Assembly (NCBI GenBank): GCA_035461105.1 | Contig: DATHVV010000129.1 | Location: forward strand, 18,140-82,139 | DNA length: 64,000 nt | Origin: Longimicrobiales bacterium | GTDB taxonomy: Bacteria > Gemmatimonadota > Gemmatimonadetes > Longimicrobiales > RSA9 | Reading direction: 5' to 3' | In this document: piece by piece, positions 10,392 to 20,000 of the stretch | Position numbering within the stretch: the stretch's first letter is position 1 | How the letters are laid out: every line of letters begins with the position of its first letter | Position numbers and translations under genes: made by a program | The notes under the pieces: generated by a model | Database searches by the model: none | Told to the model about the DNA's origin: nothing | Seen by the model: only the letters and a program-made list of their open reading frames with translations

Positions 10392-11627
10392 TTACGTCAG
10401 CGGTCCCAGCCTCAGGACCGTCTGACGGTCAGGATCGTAGTAGGTCGCGGCAAGGGCCGCCACCTCCTCCGCCGTCACGGAATCGACGCGCTCCACGACC
10501 TCCTCAAGCGACCGGAACGGCTCGTCGTAGAGTGCCGTTCCAGCCAGCCGGTGCAGGCGGGCACTGCTCGATTCGAGCGACAGCGCGATCTGCCCTTTCA
10601 CCTGCCCCTTCACGTCCCGCAGCTCCTCCGCGCTCAGGCCTCCGCCCGCGAGCCGCGCCAGCTCCTCGCGCAGGACCCCTTCGGCGCGGTCGGCGGAATC
10701 CGGCCGGGTGCCCACGTACAGGCCCACGTAGCCGGCATCCCGATAGAACGACTGGTAGGAGAAGACCGCGTAGGCGAGACCGAGCTCCTCGCGTACCCGC
10801 TGGAAGAGGCGCGAGCTCATGCCGCCCCCGAACGCATTCGAGAGCAGCACCATCGCGAAGCGCCGCGCATCCCCGTGCCCGAAGCAGGGCGTACCGAAGA
10901 CGATGTGGGTCTGGGCGCTCGCGCGGTCGACCCGCTCCCGGCCGGCGGGCCGTCCGTTCGGCAGCGGCGGACGAGGCGCCACCGCTCCCGCCGGGCGCTC
11001 CGCCACCAGCGCGGCGACCTGCGCCACGAAGCGATCGTGGTCCACGTTGCCGGCCGCCGCGAACACCAGGTTGCCGGGGTGGTAGAGCGCGGCGTGCGTG
11101 CGCTCCAGGTCAGCGGCGCGCAACGCCGATACCGTCTCGCGCGTGCCCAGGATGCTGTAGCCGTACGGATGCTCGCCCCAGAGCGTGGCGGCGTGCAGGT
11201 CGAAGCAGAGGTCGTCCGGCGTATCCTCGACCGTGGCAATCTCCTCGAGCACGACCTCACGCTCCAGCTCCAGGTCGCTCTCGCGAAGCAGCGGATCGAG
11301 GACCAGGTCGCCGAGCACGTCCAGCGCCAGGTCGACGTGCTCGTCGAGGACGCGCGCCTGGAAGCTGGTATGCTCGCGCGTCGTGTATGCGTCCAGCGAG
11401 CCGCCCACCCGCTCCAGCACCAGCGCCAGCTCGCGCGCGCTGCGCCGGCGGGTACCCTTGAACACCATGTGCTCGAGCAGATGGCTCACGCCCATCTCCT
11501 CGGCGCGCTCCGTCACCGATCCTGCCCGGACCCATATGCCGAGCGATGCCGAGCGCAGGCCCGGCATCGCTTCCGTGAGGACGACGAGCCCGCTGCCGAG
11601 CTCGCTGCGACGATACTGCTCGCTCAC
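10392..11627 (-). CDS. M16-family (insulinase/pitrilysin-like) zinc peptidase
   Basis: 411 aa with the inverted zinc motif HLLEHMVFKGT. GTG start overlaps the pnp stop (GTGA). The pnp-M16 peptidase pairing is common in bacteria. Confidence 0.9.
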   Translation of the reverse strand: MSEQYRRSELGSGLVVLTEAMPGLRSASLGIWVRAGSVTERAEEMGVSHLLEHMVFKGTRRRSARELALVLERVGGSLDAYTTREHTSFQARVLDEHVDLALDVLGDLVLDPLLRESDLELEREVVLEEIATVEDTPDDLCFDLHAATLWGEHPYGYSILGTRETVSALRAADLERTHAALYHPGNLVFAAAGNVDHDRFVAQVAALVAERPAGAVAPRPPLPNGRPAGRERVDRASAQTHIVFGTPCFGHGDARRFAMVLLSNAFGGGMSSRLFQRVREELGLAYAVFSYQSFYRDAGYVGLYVGTRPDSADRAEGVLREELARLAGGGLSAEELRDVKGQVKGQIALSLESSSARLHRLAGTALYDEPFRSLEEVVERVDSVTAEEVAALAATYYDPDRQTVLRLGPLT

Positions 11628-13732
11628 TCGGCCGCGCCCGCCCCGGCCGCGGCCTCTTCCTTGATCACTGCCTTGCGCGAAAGCCGCATCTTCCCCTTCT
11701 CGTCGATCGACAGCAGCTTGACCCGCACCAGCTCACCCTTCTTGAGCACGTCCTCCGTCTTCTCGACCCGGCCTTCCTGGATCTCCGAGATGTGCAGCAG
11801 CCCCTCGGTGCCCGGCAGGATCTCGATGAACGCGCCGAACGTCGTCGTCGACTTGACCACGCCCTCGTAGATCCGCCCGATCTCCGGCGACTCCGTCATC
11901 CCGGCAATGCGCGCCCGGGCCCGCTCGCCACCCTCGCCCGATACGCTCGCGATCGTGACCGTGCCATCATCGCTGATGTTGATCTGCGCGCCCGTCTCCT
12001 CCTGGATCGCGCGAATCGTCTTGCCCTTGGGTCCGATGATCTCACCAATCTTGTCGACCGGTACCTTGATCGTGATGATGCGCGGCGCCCACTGCGAGAG
12101 TTCCGCACGCGGCGTCTCCAGCGCCTTCTCCATCTCACCCAGGATGTGCAGTCGGCCCTGGTTCGCGCGCTGCAGCGCCTCGCGCATGAGCTCCAGCGTG
12201 ATGCCCTCGATCTTGATGTCCATCTGGATGGAGGTCACGCCGTTGCGCGTGCCCGCCACCTTGAAGTCCATGTCGCCGAGCGCGTCCTCCATGCCCAGGA
12301 TGTCGGTCAGCACCACGACCTGCTCACCTTCCTTGATCAGCCCCATCGCCACCCCGGCGCAGGCGCCGCGGATCGGCACGCCCGCGTCCATCAGCGCGAG
12401 CGAGGACGCGCACACCGTCGCCATCGACGAGGACCCGTTCGACTCGAGCACTTCCGACACGATGCGGATCGTGTATGGGAAGTCCGCGTAGTCCGGCAGC
12501 AGCGGCTGGATCGCCCGCTCCGCGAGCGCGCCATGTCCCATCTCGCGCCGCGACGTGCCGCGCAGCGGCTTCGCCTCGCCCGTCGAGAACGGCGGGAAGT
12601 TGTAGTGCAGCATGAACGACTTGGTCATCTCCGTGGCCGAGTCGATCGACTCGATTCGCTGCTCGTCCGTCTGCGTCCCCAGCGTGACCACGCCCAGTGC
12701 CTGGGTCTGGCCGCGCGTGAAGAGCGCCGAGCCGTGCGTGCGCGGCAGCAGCCCGACCTCGGACGCGATCGGCCGCACCTCGTCCGGACGGCGGCCATCA
12801 GCGCGGATCCCCTTCTGCAGGATCTGGTGGCGCATCGCCTGCTTCTCGTGGTCGGACATCACCTGCCGGATCATGTCCTCCTGGTCCGGGAAGTCTTCGG
12901 CCAGCGTGAGCATCACTTCGGCGCGCAGCGTCGCCAGCGCCTCGTTGCGTGAGGTCTTGTCCGCCAGGCTCATCGCCTCGCCCATCCGCGTCGCCGCCAG
13001 CTCCGCGATGCGGGCCTCGAGGTTCTCCGGCAGCTCGGGCTCGCTCCACGCCATCTTCGACTGCTGCAGACCCGCCATGAACTCGTGCTGAATGCGGATC
13101 AGCTCGCGGATGCCCTCGTGCGCCACGATCAGACCCTCGGCGATCTCTTCTTCCGGCACCTCGACTGCGCCGCCCTCGACCATCAGGATGCCGTGCTCGG
13201 TGCCCGCCACCACGATCTCGACGTCGCTGAACTCGAGCTGCTGGAACGTCGGGTTGAGCACCCACTGCCCCTGGATGCGACCCACGCGCACCGCCGCGAT
13301 CGGGGCGGCGAACGGAATCTTGGAGAGGTTCAGCGCCACCGAGGTGCCCAGGATCGCGAGCACGTCGGCCCGGTTCTCCTGGTCCGCCGAGAGCACGTGC
13401 ACCATGATCTGCGTCTCGTTCTGGAAGCCCTCCGGAAAGAGCGGCCGGATCGGCCGGTCGATCAGCCGCGCCGACAGGATCTCCTGCTCACCGGGCCGGC
13501 CCTCGCGCTTGAAGAAACCGCCCGGGATCTTGCCCGCCGCATAACTGCGTTCCCGGTACTCGACCGTCAGCGGGAAGAACGGCAGGTGCGTCGGCCGGTC
13601 CTGCGCCACCGCGGTCGCCAGCAGCACCGTATCTCCGTACTGTACCAGACACGAACCGTGCGCCAGCTTCGCCATGCGCCCGGTCTCCAGCGTCAGGGTA
13701 CGACCCGCGAACTTCCACTCTTTCCTGTGCAT
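11624..13732 (-). CDS. pnp: polyribonucleotide nucleotidyltransferase (PNPase)
   Basis: The ORF-track entry 11624..13807 is trimmed to the internal ATG at 13732 (MHRKEWKFAGRTLTLETGRMAKLAHGS...), which is preceded by a purine-rich stretch. Contains two RNase PH domains plus KH and S1 domains. Confidence 0.96.
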   Translation of the reverse strand: MHRKEWKFAGRTLTLETGRMAKLAHGSCLVQYGDTVLLATAVAQDRPTHLPFFPLTVEYRERSYAAGKIPGGFFKREGRPGEQEILSARLIDRPIRPLFPEGFQNETQIMVHVLSADQENRADVLAILGTSVALNLSKIPFAAPIAAVRVGRIQGQWVLNPTFQQLEFSDVEIVVAGTEHGILMVEGGAVEVPEEEIAEGLIVAHEGIRELIRIQHEFMAGLQQSKMAWSEPELPENLEARIAELAATRMGEAMSLADKTSRNEALATLRAEVMLTLAEDFPDQEDMIRQVMSDHEKQAMRHQILQKGIRADGRRPDEVRPIASEVGLLPRTHGSALFTRGQTQALGVVTLGTQTDEQRIESIDSATEMTKSFMLHYNFPPFSTGEAKPLRGTSRREMGHGALAERAIQPLLPDYADFPYTIRIVSEVLESNGSSSMATVCASSLALMDAGVPIRGACAGVAMGLIKEGEQVVVLTDILGMEDALGDMDFKVAGTRNGVTSIQMDIKIEGITLELMREALQRANQGRLHILGEMEKALETPRAELSQWAPRIITIKVPVDKIGEIIGPKGKTIRAIQEETGAQINISDDGTVTIASVSGEGGERARARIAGMTESPEIGRIYEGVVKSTTTFGAFIEILPGTEGLLHISEIQEGRVEKTEDVLKKGELVRVKLLSIDEKGKMRLSRKAVIKEEAAAGAGAAE

Positions 13733-13807
13733 GTTCTCTCTCTTTTCTTTCGCCGCTGCGCCCCATCCCTGCGACGAGGCGCGCCTGTGGATCCTGCCTG
13801 AAAACAC

Positions 13808-13847
13808 GCGCAGCGGGACACGCCCTCCTCGGGGCGCCCCGCTGCGC
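13808..13847 (-). terminator. rpsO-pnp intergenic stem-loop (attenuating terminator or processing hairpin)
   Basis: GCGCAGCGGG (13808-13817) pairs with CCCGCTGCGC (13838-13847). On the minus strand the stem is followed by GUGUUUUC. It lies between the rpsO stop (13879) and the pnp start (13732). Confidence 0.5.
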
Positions 13848-13878
13848 GCTCACTTCCGCCGGTGCCGGACCGTGCCGA

Positions 13879-14139
13879 TCAGTGCCGCAGCCCCAGCTCG
13901 TCGATCAGCCGACGGTACCGCTCCAGGTCCGTCCGCTTCAGATACTCCAGCATGCGGCGCCGCTTGCCCACCATCTTGAGCAGCCCGCGCCGGCCGTGAT
14001 GATCCTTGCTGTGCGTCCGGAAATGCTCGGTCAGGTCGTTGATGCGCGCGGTGAGCAGCGCGACCTGCACGGCCGCGCTGCCCCGATCGGTATCGTGCAG
14101 CGCGTGCTGGCGGATGACCGCGTCCTTGTCGAACCCCAT
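13879..14139 (-). CDS. rpsO: 30S ribosomal protein S15
   Basis: Trimmed to the internal ATG at 14139 ([54 protein letters not shown]...), giving 86 aa. GGAGG lies 9 nt upstream. Confidence 0.95.
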   Translation of the reverse strand: MGFDKDAVIRQHALHDTDRGSAAVQVALLTARINDLTEHFRTHSKDHHGRRGLLKMVGKRRRMLEYLKRTDLERYRRLIDELGLRH

Positions 14140-14343
14140 GGTTCGGAGCCTCCTCGAGAGTCGTATGCTGGTCGGGAAGCGACCGTGTGTTGCACCGATT
14201 CGCACAACAGCCTATCAACTTAGGCAATTGCATGGGAGAGAACAAGGTGAGGCGTCGGGGCCGGGCCTCGGACGCGACCGGGGCGACCGGCGCGGAGGGG
14301 GCAGCCCGGGCCCCGCGGCGCGCTCGGCGCCGGCGGGTCGCGC

Positions 14344-15261
14344 TCAGGCGGGGCGCAGCGCGGCCTTCGCCGCCTCACAGTCGCGCTCCATGGCACTCAC
14401 GAGCGCACGCGTGGAGGCGAAGCGGGCGATGTCGCGGATGCGGGCGATGAAGTCGACGCGCAGGCGCGAGCCGTAGAGGTCGCCCGCGAAGTCGAAGAGG
14501 TGGAGCTCGATGGAGGGCGGCAGGCCGGGAAAGGTCGGGCGCGGGCCCAGGTGCAGCACCCCGTCGGCGTAGCGGTCCCTCAGCGCGGCGCGCACGGCGT
14601 ATATGCCCTCGTGCGGCACCAGCTTGTCGGCGTGGTCGATCTGCAGGTTGGCGGTCGGGAAGCCGAGCCGGCGGCCGGCGCCTTCACCGCGCACCACGCT
14701 CCCGGAGATCGAGTAGGGGCGGCCCAGCCCGGCCGTGGCGGCGGCGACGTCGCCGAGCTCGAGCGCGGCGCGGATCCGCGAGGAGGAGATCGCGCCGCTC
14801 TCGATCTCGACCGGGGCAACGACGTCGACGCCGAACCCGAGCTCGGCGCCGATCTGGCGCAGCGTCTCGACGTCCCCGCTCCGCCCGCGCCCGAACCCGT
14901 GGTCGTAGCCGATCACGAGGTGGCGCATGCCCAGGCGCGCGATCAGGATCTCCTCGACGAACTCGCGGGGCGTGCGCCGCGCAAGCGCGGGGGTGAAGCG
15001 GAGCAGCGCGACGTAGTCGAGCGGTGCCTGGGCCAGGATCTCCACTTTCTCGGCCGGCGTCGAGAGCAGGCGCGGCGCGAACTCCGGCCGTACGATGCGA
15101 AGCGGGTGCGGATCGAAGGTGACGAGCAGCGTCGGCAGGCCGCGCCGGGCGCCGTCCGCGGAGAGCTCCTCGAGAACCGCGCGATGGCCGCGGTGCACGC
15201 CGTCGAACGTGCCCACCGTCGCCACCACCCCCGCTCCCGGGATACCACGGCGATCAGGCAT
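14344..15261 (-). CDS. ribF: bifunctional riboflavin kinase / FMN adenylyltransferase
   Basis: Trimmed to the ATG at 15261 (MPDRRGIPGAGVVATVGTFDGVHRGHRAVLEEL...). Overlaps the truB stop by 8 nt. Confidence 0.92.
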   Translation of the reverse strand: MPDRRGIPGAGVVATVGTFDGVHRGHRAVLEELSADGARRGLPTLLVTFDPHPLRIVRPEFAPRLLSTPAEKVEILAQAPLDYVALLRFTPALARRTPREFVEEILIARLGMRHLVIGYDHGFGRGRSGDVETLRQIGAELGFGVDVVAPVEIESGAISSSRIRAALELGDVAAATAGLGRPYSISGSVVRGEGAGRRLGFPTANLQIDHADKLVPHEGIYAVRAALRDRYADGVLHLGPRPTFPGLPPSIELHLFDFAGDLYGSRLRVDFIARIRDIARFASTRALVSAMERDCEAAKAALRPA

Positions 15262-16132
15262 CGCTGAACACCTTGCGGGGATGGGCGCGCCCGTGCTCGA
15301 CGCGGGCGATCGCGACCAGCAGGCCGGCCTGCCCGAGCGCCGCGGCGGGTGAATCCGGGAGCGCGACATCGACGGCGCGCCCGTGCCGGACGTGCTCCAG
15401 CGCGACCGCATCCAGCTCGGCGCTCGGCAGGTGAGAGAGCGCGGCCAGCGACGGGGTGAGCGCCGCCGCGGCGCGCTCCGGACCGAGGTCGCCCATGCCC
15501 AGCGCCCGGCTCACGTGCCAGCTGCCGATCGCGGTCCTGCGGAGCTCGGCCAGGTGTGCTGGAACGCCGAGGTCGTCTCCCGCATCTCGTGCAATAGCAC
15601 GAATATAGGTACCGCTGGCGCAAGTGGTTTCGAAGCTTGCGAGCGGCGGGTCCCACGCCAGCAGGCGGATCGAGTGGATCATCACCTCGACCGGTTTGGG
15701 CAGGACGGCTTCGCCCCTGCGCGCGCGCTCGTACAGCCGCTGGCCGGCCTGTTTCTTCGCGGAGAACGCAGGCGGGCGCTGCAGGCGCAGCCCCTGCTGA
15801 CGCTCGAGTGCAGTCGCGACCTCGGTGTCGGCCAGGTCGCGCCAGCGCTCCGAGGTGGCGGTGGTGGTACCGGTCGGATCATCGGTATCGGTCGCGATGC
15901 CGAATCGGATGACCGCGGTGTAGCTCTTGGGTAATGACCCCAGGTACTCGGTGATGCGGGTGGCGCGGCCGAGGCACAGCAGCAGCAGTCCGGAGGCGAA
16001 CGGATCGAGCGTGCCGGTATGGCCGACGCGTCGCTGGCGGAGCGCGCGTCGGGCGGCGGCTACGACATCGTGGGAGGTCGGGCCGATCGGCTTGTCGACG
16101 GGGAGGATGCCGTCCAGCTCAGGCGACGTCAT
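15254..16132 (-). CDS. truB: tRNA pseudouridine(55) synthase
   Basis: 292 aa. ...GILPVDKPIGPTSHDVV...VGHTGTLDPFASGLLLLCLG... contains the catalytic Asp motif. Confidence 0.95.
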   Translation of the reverse strand: MTSPELDGILPVDKPIGPTSHDVVAAARRALRQRRVGHTGTLDPFASGLLLLCLGRATRITEYLGSLPKSYTAVIRFGIATDTDDPTGTTTATSERWRDLADTEVATALERQQGLRLQRPPAFSAKKQAGQRLYERARRGEAVLPKPVEVMIHSIRLLAWDPPLASFETTCASGTYIRAIARDAGDDLGVPAHLAELRRTAIGSWHVSRALGMGDLGPERAAAALTPSLAALSHLPSAELDAVALEHVRHGRAVDVALPDSPAAALGQAGLLVAIARVEHGRAHPRKVFSDA

Positions 16133-16562
16133 CGCCGCCGGCCGTACCCCGGGCTTCCGGGTCCGCCGCGGCCTCGGCGTCCCCTTCCCGCTCCGGGTCT
16201 CCAGGCGTCTCGGGCGCCCGGTTCCGGTGGATGTCGGCGATCAGCTCGTCGATGCGGCGGACGTGGCTGAGTGAGTCGTCGAGCTCGAATCTCAGCTCGG
16301 GCACGCGCCGGATCCGCATGCGCCGCCCGAGCTCGCCGCGGATGTAGGGAGCGGCAGCGCGCAAGCCGGTGAGCGAGGATTCCTGCTCGTCCGCATCGCC
16401 CGCGACGCTCACCCTGATGCGGGCCTGCTCGAGGTCGGGCGTCACCCGCACATCGGTGACCGTGACCATGCCGATGCGCGGGTCGCGCACCTGCAGTCTC
16501 AGGATCTCGGTGATTTCGCGCCGGATCTGCTCTCCGACCCGGGCCACGCGGCGACTGGCCAT
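16119..16562 (-). CDS. rbfA: ribosome-binding factor A
   Basis: 147 aa. MASRRVARVGEQIRREITEILRLQVRDPRIGMVTVTDVRVTPDL... Conserved position downstream of infB. Confidence 0.93.
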   Translation of the reverse strand: MASRRVARVGEQIRREITEILRLQVRDPRIGMVTVTDVRVTPDLEQARIRVSVAGDADEQESSLTGLRAAAPYIRGELGRRMRIRRVPELRFELDDSLSHVRRIDELIADIHRNRAPETPGDPEREGDAEAAADPEARGTAGGDDVA

Positions 16563-16625
16563 ACAGCGCTGCCCCCCACTGATGTGGCGAGCGGCGGCTC
16601 GCCGATGCGAGGCCGCCGCCCGCTC

Positions 16626-16907
16626 CTAGAAGTACGTCCGGTACGCGTCGATCACCCGCACCCGGCCATCACCGGCGACGAAGTCGTCGAGCGACTGCAG
16701 CACCCGTTCCGCCTGCCGACGCTCCGCGCTCACCGTGCACGCGGTCAGCTCGGCACGCTGCCACAGGTCCTGGTGGTCGGTCTCGGCGACCGCGACGTGG
16801 AAGCGATGGCGCAGCCGCTCACGCAGGCTCTTCACCGCGCTCCGCTTTTCCTTCAGCGACTGGGCCCCGACCACCTCCAGGTCCCAGACGATCACGCCGA
16901 TCGCCAC
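16626..16907 (-). CDS. DUF503 (YlxP-like) protein
   Basis: C-terminal 93 codons of ORF 16626..17066 taken from an in-frame GTG at 16907 (VAIGVIVWDLEVVGAQSLKEKRSAVKSLRERL...). This is the conserved slot between infB and rbfA. The longer ORF would overlap infB. Confidence 0.7.
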   Translation of the reverse strand: MAIGVIVWDLEVVGAQSLKEKRSAVKSLRERLRHRFHVAVAETDHQDLWQRAELTACTVSAERRQAERVLQSLDDFVAGDGRVRVIDAYRTYF

Positions 16908-16923
16908 CGGTGCCGGGCCGGCG

Positions 16924-19680
16924 CTAGCTGTCGGCCGCGGCGCTGCTCGCGAGCGTACGGGCGACTTCTTCGACCCGGTAGCACTCGACGTGGTCCCCGA
17001 CCTTGAGGTCGTTGAAGCCGTCGATGCTGAGGCCGCACTCGAAGCCCTCGCGCACCTCGCGGACATCGTCCTTGAAGCGCTTGAGGCTGCCCAGCGTGCC
17101 CTCGTAAACCTGCACCGCGTCGCGCACCAGGCGGACCCGGCTCTTCCGGTCGAGCACGCCTTCCAGCACGTAGCAGCCGGCCACTGTGCCGATGCGCGGC
17201 ACCTTGAAGATCTGGCGCACCTCGGCGACGCCCAGCAGCACTTCCTTCTCTTCCGGTGTCAGCATCCCCTCGAGCGCCGAGCGCACGTCCTCGACCGCCT
17301 CGTAGATGATGTTGTAGAGCCGGATGTCGACACCCTCGCGCACCGCCACCGCCCGGGCCTCGCCGGTCGGGCGCACGTGGAAGCCGATCACGATCGCTCC
17401 CGCGGTGGTCGCGAGCAGCACGTCGGACTCGTTGATCGCGCCGACGCCGCGGTGGATCACGTCCACCTGGACTTCGCTCGTGCCCAGCTGCGAAAGCGAG
17501 TCGGAGAGCGCCTGCACCGAGCCGTCCACGTCGCCCTTGATGATCAGGTTGAGCGTCGCGGTCTTGCCCTCGGCGAGGAGGCGGCTGATGTCGGTCAGCT
17601 TCACGCCCCGGCTCTTGATCCGCAGCTGCTTCTCGCGGTCGAGCCGCTGCCGGGTCTGGGCGATCTCGGCCGCCTTCACCGCGTCCATGGCGACCAGGTT
17701 GTCACCGGCCTGCGGGACCCCCGCCATGCCGAGCACCTGCACCGGGATCCCGGGACCCGCCTGCTTCACGATCTTGCCGCGCTCGTCCAGCATGGCGCGC
17801 ACCCGGCCGTCGTAATGGCCGCACACGAACGAGTCGCCCACGTGCAACGTGCCGTGCGTGACCAGCACGGTCGCGACCGGTCCCTTGCCGACGTCGAGCT
17901 GCGCCTCGATGACCGTGCCCTGGGCCTCGCGGTCCGGGTTCGACCTGAGGTCGAGCACCTCCGCCTGCAGCAGGATCTTGTCGAGCAGGTCCTGCATATT
18001 GGTGCCCTTCTTGGCGCTCACCTCCTGGGACAGCACCTCGCCGCCGAAGTCCTCGACCACCACCTCGTGCTGCAACAGGTCCTGCTTGATCTTGCCCGGC
18101 TCCGCGCCCGGCAGGTCCACCTTGTTGATGGCGACGATCATCGGCACGCCTGCGTTCTTGGCGTGGCTGATCGCCTCGATCGTCTGCGGCATCACTGAGT
18201 CGTCGGCGGCGACCACCAGCACCACGATGTCGGTCACCTCGGCGCCGCGCGCGCGCATCGCGGTGAACGCGGCGTGGCCCGGCGTGTCCAGGAACGTGAT
18301 CGCGCGGCCATCCTGCAGCTTCACGTGGTAGGCGCCGATGTGCTGCGTGATGCCGCCGGCTTCGCCCGCGATGACGTTGGTCTTGCGGATGTAGTCGAGC
18401 AGCGACGTCTTGCCGTGATCGACGTGACCCATGACGGTGACGATCGGCGGGCGCGGCTTGAGATCCTCCGGCGCGTCGACCGCGGTGCTCTCCATCATGT
18501 CGGCGCCGTACTCCTGCTCGCGCACCGCCCGGAACCCGAACTCGTCGAGCAGCAGCTCGATCTGGTCGAAGTCGAGCCGCTGGTTGATCGTGACCATGAG
18601 GCCCAGGTTCTTGAACGCGCTGCCGATGATCTGGTTGGCGGGCACGTCGATCAGCTCGGCCAGCTCCGCGACCGTCAGGAACTCGTTGACGCGCACGATC
18701 ACCGCCTCCTCGGCGGCGCGACGCTGGCGCTCGGCGGAGGCGGCCACGCGCCCGGCCTCCCGGTCATCGTGACGGTGGCGACGCTTCTTACCCCCGGTCT
18801 TCAGCTCGCTCATGACGCGGGCGATGTTCTCCTGCACCGCGTCCTGGTCCACCCGGCGCTTGCCCTTCTTGCCCTTCTTGGCGTCCGGCTTCCGGCCGGG
18901 CGCGGTCGGGCTGGTCGTGGGTGCGGGGGCGGAGCCGCTGCGCCGGCCGTCGGGGGTGAAGCCCTCGGCCTGGATGCGCACGGTGCCCCCGGGCGCAGCG
19001 CTGGCCGCCGGCGAGCTGGAGGCGGCGGGCCGCGCGGGCGTGCGGCCGAGCACCTCGGCGGCGCGCCGCAGCTTCGGGCGCACCCGCTCCGGAATCGGCG
19101 CCGCGGCCGGCGCGGTCTCGCCCTCCGCACTGATCGCCGGCTCCGCGAGCTCGGGCTCGGCCGCCGTGAGCTCGGGCTCCGGCTCCGGCTCGGCTTCCGG
19201 CTCGGCCGCGGGTTCGCGCTCCGGCTCGACGATGGCACGCTGGCCGAGCGCGGCCATGGCGGCCGCGATGTCGGTCACCTGCTGGCCCATCTCGACGGCC
19301 GCCGCTTCGGACGCCTCGGGCGCGATCGCATCGGCCGAGTCGGCGAACGCGCCCGCCGTCTCGTCGGCGCCGACCAGCTCCGTCTCCTCCGGCTCGGGCA
19401 GGTCCGACTTCTTGCGACGGCGCCGCTTCGTGGTGGTGGTCTGCACCTCCTCCATCACGGCTTCGAGCGATTCCTCGACCTCCGTATGCCCGGCGCGGCG
19501 CTCGCGCTCGAGGCGCGCGCGCAGCTTCGCGACGGTGGCGTCGTCGACGGTCGATGCCTCGCTCGTCGCGCGCACGCCCATGCCCCGGAGAAGGTGCAGC
19601 ATCTTCTCCGGTTCCACCTTGAACTCTCTCGCTACTTCGTAAACGCGCATAGCCTGGACTGTACCTCGAGAAACGGACAT
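16924..19680 (-). CDS. infB: translation initiation factor IF-2
   Basis: ~918 aa. Low-complexity Ala/Glu/Pro N-terminal region, then the GTPase domain ([16 protein letters not shown]...DTPGH...NKVD) and C-terminal domains. Start is ambiguous: GTG 19683, ATG 19680 (TGATG coupling with the upstream gene) or ATG 19650 ([10 protein letters not shown]...). Confidence 0.96.
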   Translation of the reverse strand: MSVSRGTVQAMRVYEVAREFKVEPEKMLHLLRGMGVRATSEASTVDDATVAKLRARLERERRAGHTEVEESLEAVMEEVQTTTTKRRRRKKSDLPEPEETELVGADETAGAFADSADAIAPEASEAAAVEMGQQVTDIAAAMAALGQRAIVEPEREPAAEPEAEPEPEPELTAAEPELAEPAISAEGETAPAAAPIPERVRPKLRRAAEVLGRTPARPAASSSPAASAAPGGTVRIQAEGFTPDGRRSGSAPAPTTSPTAPGRKPDAKKGKKGKRRVDQDAVQENIARVMSELKTGGKKRRHRHDDREAGRVAASAERQRRAAEEAVIVRVNEFLTVAELAELIDVPANQIIGSAFKNLGLMVTINQRLDFDQIELLLDEFGFRAVREQEYGADMMESTAVDAPEDLKPRPPIVTVMGHVDHGKTSLLDYIRKTNVIAGEAGGITQHIGAYHVKLQDGRAITFLDTPGHAAFTAMRARGAEVTDIVVLVVAADDSVMPQTIEAISHAKNAGVPMIVAINKVDLPGAEPGKIKQDLLQHEVVVEDFGGEVLSQEVSAKKGTNMQDLLDKILLQAEVLDLRSNPDREAQGTVIEAQLDVGKGPVATVLVTHGTLHVGDSFVCGHYDGRVRAMLDERGKIVKQAGPGIPVQVLGMAGVPQAGDNLVAMDAVKAAEIAQTRQRLDREKQLRIKSRGVKLTDISRLLAEGKTATLNLIIKGDVDGSVQALSDSLSQLGTSEVQVDVIHRGVGAINESDVLLATTAGAIVIGFHVRPTGEARAVAVREGVDIRLYNIIYEAVEDVRSALEGMLTPEEKEVLLGVAEVRQIFKVPRIGTVAGCYVLEGVLDRKSRVRLVRDAVQVYEGTLGSLKRFKDDVREVREGFECGLSIDGFNDLKVGDHVECYRVEEVARTLASSAAADS

Positions 19681-20000
19681 CACGCCGAAGGCTCCGCGGC
19701 CAGCAGCGACTGCAGCCTTCGACCGAGCGACGAGTCGATCAAGCCCACCGCTCCGAGCGGCGCCCGGCCGACCGCGGCGCCGAGTTGCACCCTGTCAAAA
19801 CGAATCACGAACGGGATCCGCCGGGCCGCGAGCAGCGGCGCCAGCTTCCCACGACTGTTCTCTGAGGCGTCCGCCGCGAGGACCGCGAAGGTCAATCGTC
19901 CGCTCCGCGCCGCCTCCCGCACCCGCTCCGTCCCCGGCAGCACCGTGCCTGCCCGGGCAGCCAGGCCGAGCAGCTTCAGGGCCTGCTCAGCCGGCGTCAT
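19680..20000 (-). CDS. L7Ae/L30e-family RNA-binding protein (YlxQ-like)
   Basis: Trimmed to the ATG at 20000 (MTPAEQALKLLGLAARAGTVLPGTERVREAARSGRLTFAVLAADASEN...). Occupies the nusA-infB spacer position and overlaps the nusA 3' end by 14 nt. Confidence 0.72.
   Translation of the reverse strand: MTPAEQALKLLGLAARAGTVLPGTERVREAARSGRLTFAVLAADASENSRGKLAPLLAARRIPFVIRFDRVQLGAAVGRAPLGAVGLIDSSLGRRLQSLLAAEPSA

Noticed and set aside
14140-14343. Promoter for rpsO in the AT-richer patch around 14195-14235 (for example TTGTTC-17-TAAGTT on the minus strand).
   Set aside because: It has only 3/6 matches in each hexamer and several equally weak alternatives exist. That is not enough to report as a feature.
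19100-19260. GGCTCC/GGCTCG-type tandem repeats within infB.
   Set aside because: They are in frame and encode the Glu/Pro/Ala-rich linker (…[12 protein letters not shown]…) that is typical of IF-2 N-terminal regions. They are a coding low-complexity stretch, not a separate element.
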